DNA from: Squalus acanthias
Taxonomy: Eukaryota
DNA: 64,000 nucleotides
Reading direction: 5' to 3'
NCBI GenBank assembly: GCA_030390025.1
Contig: CM059432.1
Coordinates: 104,596,001-104,660,000 of the forward strand
Each line of letters opens with the position of its first letter. Within the stretch, counting starts at the first letter, position 1. Both the position numbers and the translations under genes were made by a program. Positions 1 through 12,738 of this stretch are shown here, in pieces. The notes beneath the pieces were generated by a model. That model was not told the DNA's origin. It ran no database searches and saw only the letters and a program-made list of their open reading frames with translations.

Positions 1-1084
1 ATGCCCTGATACACGTCTGCTTTATATCACTAAGCTACTGTGCAAACCAATTAGCTAACTGGTCATTAATTCCATAAGCATTAATCTTCCCCATAAGCCT
101 CATATGTGGAAGCTTATTGAACATCTTCTGAAAAATCCAAGAAGGCTTTTCTTACCAACCAACTTAGTTACCTGCTCAAAGAATTTCAGTAAATTTGTGA
201 CGTACATGACCTGTTCCTTAAAGGCCACAGGTTGTCTGAATGGTGTGTTGGAGGTACCAGAGCTCTGAATTTCGACACGCCTTCAGGCACACTCTCACTG
301 TGAATCCAACAGGAAGGCCCGGGAATTAGGCCTATCTGGCAGTTCCCGCGGGGCGTTTTGGGGTGGAGCCTCTGGTGAAAGGAGGTGTACCACCCATTGC
401 AGGAGTGCAAGTGGGGCCCATCTGGGGTTCCAGGCCTGGGCCACGATCTGATCCCCCTAGGAAAGTTTTCTGACCGGTGTTTTTTTCTTGGTCCTCTCAT
501 TTTAGGGATCGCGCGCAAGATTCGTCCCTTGCAGAGGAGGCATCAGCCAAATTAATTTAATAGGGGAAACTCCCAGGTGCTGATAAGTCCAGCAGGAACA
601 GTAGCTGAGGTTCCCCGCAGGTTGATCACAACACTCATGCTGGGATCAAAGGCCCACGGACATTTGGCCCTCAGCTGTTTAAAGGATGATTCACTCTTCT
701 TAGAACATATTAGAGGCTTCGCTGTGGGCACTTTCATTTTAAACAACACTATTTAATGTTCAAAAGAAAACACCTGGCTTATCTCAATGGTAACCTTCAA
801 CCAAACTTAGTGTGAGAATTTTACCAGATTTAGCTGGAACAATAATTTAACAGTTTACGTACTGCTACCTCTGAAGTTTAGTAATAAGGAATCATGAATA
901 TAATAAATGTGAACACTTAACATATGTCCTCCTAATGCAGTGGAGGTCAAAAATCAACGAGCCACGATCCTGGCAGTTATTCTGGGATTGCACTTCCAGT
1001 GCACCCCTGTGCTGACCCTGTCCGAGTTTGCAGGGCCATTGGAAGGGTACAGGTGCATCTCGGGCACCCGTCTTCCCCATGTTG

Positions 1085-2580
1085 CCTGATAATCTGCATC
1101 CCTGAATACTAAAAGAGGTAGCCATGGAAATAGTGGATACATTGGTTGTCATCTTCCAAAATTCTATAGATTATGGAACAGTTCCTGCAGATTGGAGGGT
1201 GGCAAATGTAACCCCACTATTTAAAAAAGGAGGGAGAGAGTAGTGGGGAAAATGCTAGAGTCTATTCTAAAGGATGTGATAACAGGACACTTAGAAAATA
1301 TCAACGGGATTAGACAAAGTCAACATGGATTTATGAAAGGGAAATCATGTTTGACAAACCTACTGGAGTTTTTTGAGGATGTAACTGGTAGAATAGATAA
1401 GGGAGAACTAGTGAATGTGGTGTATTTGGATTTTGATAAAGTCCCATATAAGAGGTGTGCAAAATTGAAGCACTTGGGATTGGGGGTAATATACTGGCAT
1501 GGATTGAAAATTGGTTAACAAAGAGTAGGAATAAATGGGTCTTTTTCGGGGTGGCAGGTGGTGACTAGTGGGGTACCGCAGGGATCAGTGCTCGGGCCCC
1601 AGCTATTCATAATGATTTGGATGAGGGAACCAAATGTAATATTTCCAAATTTGCTGACGACACGAAACTAGGTGGGATTGTGAGTTGTGAGGAATATGCA
1701 AAGAGGCTTCAAGGCGATTTAGACAAGTTGAGTGAGTGGGCAAATACATGGCAGATGCAGTATAACGTGGATAAATGTGAAGTTATCCACTTCGGTAGGA
1801 AAAACAGAAAGGCAGAGTATTATTTAAATGGTGATAGATTGGGAAATGTTGATGTACAAAGGGACCTGGATGTCCTTGTACACCAGTCACTGAAAGCAAA
1901 CATGCAGGTGCGGCAAGCAGTTAGGAAGGCAAATGGTATGTTGGCCTTCATTGCAAGAGGATTTGATTACAGGAGCAAGGATGTCTTACTACAGTTATAC
2001 AGGGCCTTGGTGAGACCACACCTGGAGTACTGTGTGCAATTTTGGTCTCCTTACCGAAGAAAGGATATACTTGCCATAGAGGGAGTGCAGCGAAGGTTCA
2101 CCAGACTAGTTCCTGGGATGGTAGGACTGTCGTATGAGGAGAGAATGGGTCGACTAGGCCTGTATTCACTAGAGTTTAGAAGAATGAGAGGGGATCTCAT
2201 TGAAACATATAAAATTCTGACAGGGCTAGACAGACTGGATGCAGGGAGGATGTTTCCCCTGGCTGGGGGGTCTAGAACGAGGGCTCACAGTCTCAGGATA
2301 CGGGGTAGGACATTTAGGACTGAGATGAGGAGAAATTTCTTCACTCAGAGGGTAGTGAACCTGTTGAATTCTCTACCACAGAAGGCTGTGGAGGCCAAGT
2401 CACTGAATATATTTAAGAAGGAGATAGATAGATTTCTAGATGCAAAAGGCGTCAAGGAGTATGAGGAGAGAGAGGGAATATGGTATTGAGATAAAGGATC
2501 AGCCATGATCATATTGAATGGCAGAGCAGGCTCGAAGGGCCGAATGGCCTACCCCTGCTCCTATTTTTCTATGTTTCTAA
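1085..2580 (+). mobile_element. CR1 LINE, 5'-truncated ORF2 (RT) with 3' tail; degenerate
   Basis: QHGFMKGKSCLTNLLEFFE, KFADDTKLGG, LYRALVRPHLEYCVQFWSP, RRNFFTQRVV; frameshifts and deletions; ends in ctatttttctatgtttcta. Confidence 0.9.
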
Positions 2581-3640
2581 CCTCTGGTGCCTGTCTGCTA
2601 TCTGAGGCGGAGGGGGTGTCTAAGACCCCATTTACTGCCCCCCTTTCAGTGTACGGGGGCTAAAAAAAGTTTTGGGGAAAGAAATTGCCCACTTTTCAAG
2701 GTCCAGGTCACTTTCTTGCTTGCTCCACTCTGGAAATACCAGCCTCCAGTCCTATGCCAGGTCCTATATGGGCTGGAGAAGTGGGAATACCCAGTGTAAG
2801 TAGAGGCTCCTCCTATTACAAGGCCAACATGGGAAATCTCAATTGGGAGCAGGACTTGGCATATCCAGGTCCTGGCTGTTTTCCAAGCCATTCTGCCGGA
2901 CTCCTGCAAGAATTGGAGTGGGACTCCAGCACAATGGTCAAGGAAATTCAGCCCCACTATGAAATAATCTAACAATGTGAGGTTTTCATGTTTCTATAAT
3001 GTTACGTTTAAACCAATTCCAGATTATTTGGTCTGGAAAATCAGCGGGGACACAGAACACCGCCACTGACTATGCTGAAGTTCATAGGTTTGGCAGGGCT
3101 GGAGGAGCAGGCCTTCATCACTGTGTGCTTCTATGCAACCCGCCGCCCCCCGGGCTTTGCTGAAGACTCCAGGAATGCTAGCAGTAGGTGGTTGCCTTGA
3201 GGGTGGATATCAGGTGTCCACCCCTAAGACCCAAGACTTTTTAGTCTCCTCATCAGGCCCCAAGCTCAGCCTCAACCCCCTGTTGGGTCTGAATTCTGCC
3301 AGGATTAAGCAGGTGCACCTGGTGAGACCACGTGTGCCTGTGCCGATCATACACTTGATCCTGACTGAGGGCCATAGTATGAGAACTCCCAATTTAGGGA
3401 GTTTCCTGGAATCTGGCTCTTTACCCTCCCCTTACGTCAGTGGCATTATAGGAGCAAGTGGAGGTTCCACCTCATAAGCCATTCCAGAAACTCTCATTTA
3501 AGGCTGGGTGCTGGCATTGACTACTGAGATTGGGACCGTTCTGGTGAACCCACTTCAACAGGGACTTCATAAAATGGCCAAATGTTGTATTCTTTGTACT
3601 TTGAATCTTCTTTTGAGGGGGGGTGGGAGTGCTTCATTTA

Positions 3641-4040
3641 AGGTAGAGCTGGGTGTCGTCAGCATACATGTGGAACCTGACCTCCTGTTTTCGGATGATG
3701 ATGTCGCCGAGGGGCAGCATGACCTTGCCCCTCCCTATCTCTGTAACCTACTTCAGCCCTACAACCCTCCGTAATCTCTGTGCTCTTCCAACTCTGAACT
3801 CTTGCACATCCCCAATTTTAAACGCTCCACCATTGGCAGCCATACGTTCACCTTATCGCCTCTCTGCCTCTCCTCCTTTAAGACGCTCCTTGAAACCTAC
3901 CACTTTGGCCAAGCTTTTGGTCACCTGTTCTAATATCTCCTGATGTGGCTCGGTGTTGAATTTTGTTTGATAACACTCCTGTGAAGTGCCTTGGGACGTT
4001 TTACTACGTTAAAGGTGCTATATAAATGCAAGTTGTTGTT
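3641..4040 (+). mobile_element. L2 LINE 3' end with an inverted 80-bp RT (YADD) segment at its 5' side
   Basis: 3641-3720 read on the minus strand gives MLPLGD...FHMYADDTQLY; 3721-4040 is the + strand 3' end (PPYLCNLLQPYNPP ... AAGGTGCTATATAAATGCAAGTTGTTGTT). Both parts match the L2 copy at 41641-42672. Confidence 0.8.
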
Positions 4041-4210
4041 ATATACTATGAATATAATGTAATGTATGACAATGTATAAGCAAAGAACAATTGCAATAAA
4101 AAATAAATTGAATTAAGTTGGGTAATTACTAGATTGTGATGATCTTTACTAGGCACATGTAGAATCATTCCATTGTTTGCCATGCCTTACCTTTCTATTC
4201 TTTCTCTCAG

Positions 4211-4357
4211 GTGGCTATCTAGCAGGGAGCTTGGCTGTTATGACCGATGCAGCACATCTTCTAGCAGATGTCACAGGTTTTCTGATTAGCTTGTGCTCAT
4301 TATGGTTATCTTCAAGACCGGCCACAAAGAAATTAAATTTTGGATGGTACAGAGCAG
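4211..4357 (+). CDS. SLC30A8: Zinc transporter ZnT8, internal coding exon (TM2, Zn ligands in DAAHLLAD)
   Basis: tttctctcag| acceptor and |gtagga donor, 147 bp, phase 1-1. Translates [49 protein letters not shown], the cation diffusion facilitator signature. Upstream exons lie outside the window. Confidence 0.93.
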
Positions 4358-4960
4358 GTAGGAGTTTCATAAAAATATTTGAAATTTTCTGTTTACTTAA
4401 AGGGAAACATTAGGAATACGGAAAAAGAAACTTGTAACAGTAGCTTTTCTGAAAAAGTGTAAACTAAAAGTTCAGTGATGTTTTGGCTTGGGGCATTTCG
4501 TGTCCTGAAAACCCTGTGTAAAAAGACGGTCCAAATGGCGGCCTCCTGTGCTGTAAAACTCTATGGGTGTAACGGACGGTATTGGATTAGCTGCCCGTTA
4601 TATAGCCTACCTGATTTTCTTTTATTTTTGCTTCATGAAACAAGATGATTTATATGCATCCTGGACTATGCAATGACTGCATTGCTGATGCCTGGCCATT
4701 GTCTTTTGTTTGTTATGCGATGTGAAGATCTGCACTTACTCAATTTTCATTCTTCAATTTTTAGTTATTCCTTCCCGCTTTTAGGTCTTGTGCTGGTCAT
4801 CATTTGCTGATTGAGAGGACAGTGCAGATGGACTCCTCTTTCCCTGTGAATAAGCACTTTGGCTCTGCTTTCTACCCAGTAAATACATTTTCTGTTGTTT
4901 ATCTATTAAGGAGCCTCACTAATTCCTAAATAAATTCTTGTCCAATTTTATTTTTACTAG

Positions 4961-5114
4961 AAATCCTTGGTGCACTCTTCTCGGTGGTCACAATTTGGCT
5001 TGTAACAGGAGTACTGGTCTATCTCGCCTGTGTAAGGTTCATCCATGCTGATTACGAAATTGACGGAATGGTCATGCTTATAACATCTACCTGTGCAGTG
5101 GTAGCAAACGTAAT
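4961..5114 (+). CDS. SLC30A8: ZnT8 coding exon (TM3-TM4)
   Basis: tttttactag| ... |gtaagt, 154 bp. EILGALFSVVTIWLVTGVLVYLACVRFIHADYEIDGMVMLITSTCAVVANV, in phase with both neighbours. Not in the ORF track. Confidence 0.93.
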
Positions 5115-5756
5115 GTAAGTTAACTTTCTATAACTTTTTTGGTGCTCCCTTAGATATACCACCTTTTTTTAATAAAACAGTCTTTACATTACTTTTTATT
5201 TTAAAAGTATGTTCATAAAAGTAATCATTTTACCTTTCCATTCTCCCCCCCCCCCCACCTCCCCCACCCCCAATGTGGTAGGTAATCTCAGTCAAAGCAG
5301 CAGTGGGGACAGCACAGTTAGCTTTAGTGTCCTTGAATTAGAAAGGAGAACATTAGCCACGGTTCCTGCTCTTGAACTCTGTTCAGTGACCCCTGCTAGA
5401 AATGTGCGTATGTGTGAATTATTTCTTTAGCCACTATTTGTAGCGACATCACTAATGTGTTTGTGAATATTTCCTCTGTTATGAATTTCTAGTGAAATGG
5501 TAAACACATTTATAATGTCAAATAGTAACCAGAGAATTTCTTAATCCTAAGCAAGGACAAGATCAGTCTGGCTGTGGTGACTCCCATGATTGTAAAAAGC
5601 CCACCAGCATTCATTGACCAGGGCCACCTGAAGAATGGCCACTTGAATGCTGTTGTTTATGATACTGTAATCATCATGTGGCACCATCTTCAGGAGAGAA
5701 GGGAATAAGAGGAGAAAACTGCACAAAAATTTGCTCAAGTACAGGAAAGAAGATAA

Positions 5757-6283
5757 TGGCCCTGAATTTGCGATCGGAGGCTTCCCGCAGGGAAATGCCT
5801 CCGAGCCGCAAATAAAATGCCCGCGTACATGGTGGTCCGGGAGGTACGGAGATTCGCGGTCCTGGGATCACATGGGCCAGCCCACCGAATGAAAGAAGGT
5901 GATCCCCATTCATGCTTATAGGGAAAACCCATAAGCGTGAATGGGAATACCCCAAAATATACATCTACACATCAAATAAATTTTAAAAATTGCATATTTA
6001 AAATTAATTAAAATGCCATTTAAGTAAATATTTAAAACAAATTTTTTGAAAAATTACTTTAAATGTTTTAAAGGGGCTAAAAATAAACTTACTTTATTGT
6101 ACAGGTTTTTTAATGTATAATTGATAAAAATGTATTTTTATTTTTTTTAAACTCTTATGCTGATAAAAGCAGGCCGTAAGCCTGCTTTTACCAGGCGTAA
6201 GAATTTCATGGGCATTCGCTGGGCAGAAGTTGTGCGGCCCTTACGGGCACGTACGCACCCGTAGGGGCCACAAAATACGCCCC
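5757..6283. mobile_element. Probable non-autonomous DNA transposon (Harbinger-like MITE)
   Basis: CpG-rich ends around an AT-rich core, same layout as 11292-12033; weak TIR ggccctgaatttg / caaaatacgcccc; TSD not clean. Confidence 0.45.
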
Positions 6284-8137
6284 ATTGTTTTGAAACTTTA
6301 TGAAGACACAGTAGGGATAATTTTCTAACTTTGCGCTTCTAGCATGGAGCCTTGCTCATTGGGAATGCTTGTCAGAAATTTGGGCGCATGATTTTCCAAC
6401 CATTAATTTAGATGGACAGGAGATCATGTGTTATGTGGCCCAAATTTCCAATATGAAGTCCCGAGCAAGGCTCCCCACTGGGAGTGCGAAGTCAGAAAAT
6501 TGCCTCATGTTTGCCAAAGCAATGATGAGCATGAACCTTTGCATGCCAAGCAGTTCACCACCAGCTCAAATTCTATGCCTGCCTGCCACTTTCTCTTGCT
6601 TGTTTCCATTGGGTGGATTTCATTCGTTCTTGACCAGACAACTACCGGAAGCAGTAAGTGGGAGCAAAGCAATCATCTAGAAGGGGAGATAATATTATCA
6701 CATAACAGCCAAGATGGAATGACATTTGAGATAACTGGGCCACAAAAATGCTGATCTCCCCGGGGCACTTTGGGTTTTAATAAAACACCGTGGGGAGTGA
6801 GCCATGAGCGGGAAGGGTGGGAGACGGCCAATAATGGGCCCTCCATTCCCTGGCTCACTTTCCACAGTTTTATGCCCAGCAGCTTGGTCTTTTGTTTCTC
6901 ATCCGGTGAGGGAAATTTAATATCAAACCGCAGAAACAGTAATGAGGTGATCTACTTCCCCATTGCAAAGAGAAATGTCCAGTAAAATAATTTTTTTTAC
7001 AAGGAAGGACACTTGTCCATGATGAGAAAGGTCTCAGCATATCTCGGAAGGTTCAGTCACATGCATTATTCAAATCTGGAAAAGATCTCTGACTGGTAGT
7101 GCCAGGAAATCCCAATCTGATGTTCTGGGAAAATTGATGCATACATGCTCGAGATGAAGGCAAAGTTCAACATGTAAGGCACAAAATTCTAATTAGGTCA
7201 CTCTGCTGGAGGAAGTGTGGCGGAGCAAGCCCTAAAGTTGTCCATGCTCAAAAGCCAAGACCTGGCCCCAAATTGTGGGGACAGGGTTATTTGCGTGGAT
7301 AGGGTGGGCAGTCTATGCCTGTGGGGTGCCTCAGCGGTACCCACTCTGGGGAGGGGCTGAAGTTTAGAAGGCCAAAAATGACAATATTGTTCTTCTGAAA
7401 GTTGCTGGGCCACTAAAGTTGTTAATTGATCCCCTCTCCCTCTTTGGCTGCAGGAGTTTTGGGGCTGTTCCTGGGGCCTCATCAGGACCAGCTCTCAGTT
7501 GGCAAGTATTTTGCTGAGGCCTGCCAAAGACATACTGGGCTGAATTCCCGGGGTAGCCTGGAAACTTCTTTAGCCATGCTCCCGTGACATGGCGGGGCGT
7601 GGGACTGCGGGGTCAAGATTCATCCCCTCCCCACCTTCTGGAATTTTGCAGTTCTTGCTTAATAGGGTGATGTCAACTTTCTTCACAATAACAATGGTGC
7701 CTTTTCTGTTTGAGCACTTTGCTGTAAATGGACATCATCTTCTCAAAAAAGTGTTTTGCAATTTTTTATCTGTTTGATGATGAAGGTTTTTGTCATTGTA
7801 ACTTCATGTCATTGATTCTGTTTAGCACAATTCCCATTGTTCCATTGTGTTTGGTTTACAAACAAAAATCTGCGAAGCACTTTTTCATGAAGACAGTTCC
7901 TTTGTAATAGTCTAGCTGGTGCACGTCACAGCAAGCATGCTTAAGTTATAACCTGTGTATAAACAGCACGCTGGAAGATGTTCTTTTCCTAAATAAGAAA
8001 TGGTCACCTTGAAATGACAGTAAGGGATGAATTCCTTCTCTGCTAGTTTAGAGATCTTAATCCATTACTTTTAAATGGATTAATGTCTCTGCTAAAATAG
8101 CGGAGAGAGGAAATTTAAATGAACATGTTCAACATTT

Positions 8138-8828
8138 AATAAAAACAGAAAATGCTGGAAATATTCAGCAGGTCAGGCAGCATCTGTAGAGAGAGAAACA
8201 GAGTTAACGTTTCAGGTCGATGACCCTTCGTCAGAACTGGAAAAAGTTGGAGATGTAACAGGTTTTTAAGCAAGTGCAGGGAAAGGGGGGAGGGGGGGAA
8301 AGAACAAAAGGGAAGGTCTGATAGGATGGATGGCAGGAGAGATTAAGAGACAAAAGGGATGATGGTGCAAGGCAAAAGGAGATGGTAATGGGATAAGTTA
8401 AGAAACAAAAGATGGCTCCAGATGAAGTGTAATTGGCGATGGCAGAATTATCGACAGCTGCCATGTGAGAGAGAAAAAAAATATGATAGGGGCAGAGGTT
8501 ATGGTCTGAAATTGTTGAACTCGATGTTGAGTCCAGAAGGCTATAAAGTGCCTAATCAAAAGATGACGTTAAGCTTCATTGGAACAGTGTAAGAGGCCGA
8601 GGACGGAGAGGTGGGAGTGGAGCGGAGAATTAAAGTGACAAGCGACCGGAAGCTCGGGGTCCCCCTTACGGACTGAACGGAGGTGTTCCGCAAAGCGGTC
8701 ACCCAATCTGCGTTCGGTCTCCCCAATGTAGAGGAGACCGCATCGTGAGCAGCAAATACAGTATACTAAATTGCAAGAAGTATAAGTAAATCGCTGTTTC
8801 ACCTGAAGGAGTGTTTGGGGCCCTGGAC
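8138..8828 (-). mobile_element. Penelope-like element 3' fragment: GIY-YIG endonuclease remnant plus pseudo-LTR
   Basis: ORF 8569-8802 NLVYCICCSRCGLLYIGETERRLGDRFAEH...HFN is a PLE-type GIY-YIG domain; related copies at 21149 and 52937. Confidence 0.85.
8202..8238 (-). ncRNA. Minimal type I hammerhead ribozyme motif in the PLE
   Basis: Minus strand: agtt-CUGACGA-a-gggtc/atc/gacct-GAAA-CGUU-aact; stem I agtt/aact, stem II, and a palindromic ACGU replacing stem III. Confidence 0.7.
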
Positions 8829-8897
8829 CAATATTAATACCTATTATGAGTGTAATTTCAAGGATAATGTTTTTAAAAGATTTAAGTTTTAGGACTT

Positions 8898-11205
8898 CAT
8901 AGACTCATACAGCACAGAAGGAGGCCATTCGGTCCATTGTGTCTGTTATTCCATTAGTCCCACTCTCCTGTTTTTTCCCCATAGCCCTGCAAATGTTTCC
9001 TTTTCACGTATATATCCAATTACCTTTTGAAAGTTACTATTGAATCTACTTACACCACTCTTTCAGGCAATGCATTCCAGATCATCATAACATGCTGCGT
9101 AAAAAATGTTCTCCTACTCCCCCCTCTGGTTCTTTTGCCAATGATCTTAAATCTCTGTCTGGTTATCGACCCTCCTGCCAGTGGAAACAGTTTCTCCTTA
9201 TTTACTCTATCAAACCCTTCATAATTTTGAGCACCTCTATTAAATCCCAGTAACCTTCTTTGCTCTAAGGAGAACAATCCCAGCTTCTCTAGTCTCTTAA
9301 TGTATCTGAAGTCCCTTATCACTGGTACCATGCTAGTAAATCACCTCCGTACCTTCTCTAAGGTCTTGACATCCTTCCTAAAGTGTGATGCCCAGAATTG
9401 GACACAATACTCCAGCTGAAGCCTAACAGTGATTTATAGAAGTTTAGTATAACTTCCTTCCTTTTGTCCTCTATGCCTTTGTTTATAAAGCCTAGGATAC
9501 CATATGCTTTTTTAATGGCCTTATCAACTTGTCCTACCACCTTCAAACCCCCGGTTTGTCTGTTCCTGCACCCCCTTTAAAATTGTACCATTTAGTTTAT
9601 ATTGTCTCTCCTTATTCTTTCTTCCAAAATGCAGCACTTCATACTTCTCTGCATTAAATTTCATCTGCCATATATCTGCCCACTTCACCAGTCCTCCTGG
9701 TGTCCTCCTGAAGTCTGTTACTATCCTCGCTGTTTACTACATTTCCAAGTTTTGTATCATCTGCAAACTTTGAGATTATAATTCCAATACCCAAGTCCAC
9801 ATCATTAGTATATATTTCAAAAAGAGCTATGGCTCTAATACCCACCCCTGGGGGACACCACTGTCTACATTCCTCCAGTCTGAAAAACAAACGTTCACCA
9901 ATACTCTCTGCCTACTGTCTCTTAGCTAATTTTGTATCTACGCTGCCACTGCCCTTTTAATCCCATGGGCTTCAATTTTGCTAAGAAGTCTATTATGTGG
10001 CACTTTATCAAATGCTTTTTGAAAATCCATATACAACATCAACCCTTTCTGTTCTTTCATCGAAGAACTCAATCAAGTTGGCCAGACACGATTTACCTTT
10101 AATAAATCTGTGTTGGCTGTCATTTATTAACTGATGTTCTTCCAAGTGACAATTAATTTTGTCCCGGATTATGGTCTCTAGAAGTTTCCCCACCACTGAT
10201 GTTGGGCTGACTGGCCTATAGTTACCGGATTTATCCCTCTTCCCTTTTTTGAACAGGGGTGTAATATTTGCAAGTTTCCAGTTCTCTGACACCACTCCCA
10301 TATCCAAGGAGGATTGAAAGATTGTGGCCAAAGCCTCCGCTATTTCCACCTTTGCTTCCCTCAGCAACCAAGGATGCATCCCATCTGGACCGGGTGACTT
10401 TTCTACTTTGAGCGCTGCCAACCTTTTAAGTATCTCCTCTTTATCTATTTTTATTCTATCTAATTTCGCTACCCCTCCTCCTTTACTGTGACATTAACAT
10501 AATTTTCTTCTTTTGTGAAGACCGGTGCAAAGTATTCATTTAGTACCTGAGCCATGCCATCTGCCTTCACAAGAAGATTTCCTTTTTGGTCACTAATCGG
10601 CAAGAGCGTCAGCTGTGGCAGAAGGTTGTGGGTTCAAGTCCCACTCCAGAGACTTGAGCACAAAAATCTAGGCTGACACTCTAGTGCAGTACTGAGGGAG
10701 TGCTGCACTGTCGGAGGTGTCGTCTTTCGGATGAGATGTTAAACACGTCTGCGCTCTCAGGTGGACGTAAAAGATCCTATGGCACTATTTCGAAGAAGAG
10801 CAGAGTTATCCCCGGTGTCCTAGCCAATATTTATCCCTCAATCAACATCTACAACGGATTATCTGGTCATTATCACATTGCTGTTTATGGGAGGCTTGTT
10901 GTGTGCAAATTGGCTGCCGCGTTCCCTACATTACAACAGTGACTTAAAAAAAAATACTTCATTAGCTGTAAAGCGCTTTGGGACGTCCGGTGGTCGTGAA
11001 AGGCGCTATATAAATGCAAGTCTTTCTTTTTCACCCTTCCTTTGACTATCCCTATACTCTTTATATGTTTATAAAAGATTTTAGTACTCCCTTTTCTGTT
11101 ACCTGCTAATCTTTTCTCATACACTCTCTTTGCCCCTCTTATTTCCTTTTTACTTATCCTCTGTATTTTCTGTATTCTGCTTGATTCTCTACAGTATTAT
11201 AAACT
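8898..11205 (-). mobile_element. CR1 LINE ORF2 fragment, degenerate, interrupted by a SINE
   Basis: KSPGPDGMHP, GNYRPVS, KFADDTKLG, LGLFSLEQRRL in successive broken minus-strand ORFs. Confidence 0.88.
10606..11031 (+). mobile_element. tRNA-headed Deu-type SINE (SacSINE1-like) with L2-derived tail
   Basis: B-box GGTTCAAGTCC, central core GTGTCCTAGCCAATATTTATCCCTCAA, tail AAGGCGCTATATAAATGCAAGTCTTTC; several copies in the window. Family name from recall. Confidence 0.8.
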
Positions 11206-11291
11206 TGGCTTCTACAGTATTTTTGCAGCACAATCAGAAGGCTAAACACTAATATTCTTGCTTACTTCTAAATGTACTGGACTATAATATT

Positions 11292-12033
11292 GGCCCAGAA
11301 ATTAAAGACTGAGTGTTGACGCGGGGGTAAGGCTTCCCCGCGATCTCTCACTCCGCGTTGGCTTTTTCAGATCCAGCTCGCACGAACTTGATGTTCCAGA
11401 CATCAGCTGGGCAGTGCTTGCGTATCCCACCGGCGTAGTGAATTCGTGCGAGCTGTGGGATCACGTGACTCAGTTAGAGCCAATGGCAGCACACCATCTT
11501 CCATTCATAAGTTTCACATAAGTGCTGTGAAAGCTATGAATCTTACACACCCCCAAAATAACAGCTAAACCTCAATTAAATTTAAAAAAAAACCATCACA
11601 TTAATAAAATAAGTATAGTTAAATAAATTAACCATTTTAAATAAAAAATTAAATTTTTGAAAAAATTTAAAATCTTTTAAAAAGTTATAAAAATAAACTT
11701 ACCTGTCTTTAAAGTCTCTAAAAAAAAGATATACCTGTTAAAAAAAATTCAAAATAATACTTAATTCACTACTTACCTTGTTAAAAGTGGGTCTTACTCC
11801 TTTTTTCATTTCTAAAATCTTCCGTCCTTACCTGCGCGTCCAAAGCACTAAGTGCACAGCGTGCGCGCAGCCTGTAGCGCGCACGCGGTGCACCGAGGAA
11901 CCGCCCCCTTTTCCAAAAACCAAGTGCCGGTTTTCAGCGCATGCGCAGTGCATGCAGAAAACCGGCAATTGGTGACAGAATACGCGAGAGTACACAGTGC
12001 GTACTCTCGCGTCGCGGGACTAATTTTTGGGCC
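11292..12033. mobile_element. Non-autonomous Harbinger-type element (742 bp)
   Basis: TIR GGCCCAGAAATTA / TAATTTTTGGGCC, 3-bp TSD ATT on both sides. Confidence 0.75.
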
Positions 12034-12088
12034 ATTATTTCTCATTCTAGTTTTACATTCACCATTACATTTCTGCCAAATATATGTA

Positions 12089-12452
12089 CAGGAAACTCTT
12101 TATTAACCGGCACCGACGGGACCGGCGTGGTGCCGGTTAATCAAAAAGTCCGGATAACGGAGAGTTATATCTCCCAACGTACGAGAGCCCCGTACACACT
12201 GACATGCGCCTGCATTCGGAGCTCCGTCTCCCCGGGGACCGCCAGCTGACCATCTGTCGTGTCCGCTGCCTACCCGGGCTGCACATTCCCCTCCCAATCT
12301 ACATGCTCTGATACAAGGCAAACGCCTCGGGGTTTTTTTTAAAGTTATTTTTAAAGGAGAGATGAAGGAAAACCCCGGTTACCTACTCAAGAATTTTGCC
12401 GGTTAAGAGAGATTTCCGGTTATTTGGGTGCCGGTTAAAAGAGAGTTTCCTG
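12089..12452. mobile_element. Tc1/mariner (pogo/Tigger-like) MITE, 364 bp
   Basis: 26-bp TIR CAGGAAACTCTTTATTAACCGGCACC with 2 mismatches at the other end; TA TSD on both sides. Confidence 0.85.
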
Positions 12453-12479
12453 TACTTTAATAAAACATATACATTAAAA

Positions 12480-12685
12480 AATAAAGAACTTGCAATTATA
12501 TAGCACCTTTCACAACCTCAGGATATCCCAAAGCCGATGAAGTAGTTCTGCAGTATAGTCACCATTGAGATGTAGGAAATTTGCACACAAACAGCAATGA
12601 GTCTATGTAGTGGGGCACGGGTTGAACTCACAACCTTCTAATTCAGAGGCAAGAGTGCTACCACTGAGCTAAGGCTAACACCTTT
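12480..12685 (-). mobile_element. Degenerate, internally deleted copy of the Deu-type SINE
   Basis: Tail (cttgcaattatatagcacc) and tRNA-like head both match the copy at 20213-20688. Confidence 0.65.
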
Positions 12686-12738
12686 CTTAAAAACATGTCT
12701 GTTCAAAAATCCCAATTAAAGAGAGAATAAAATCTTTT

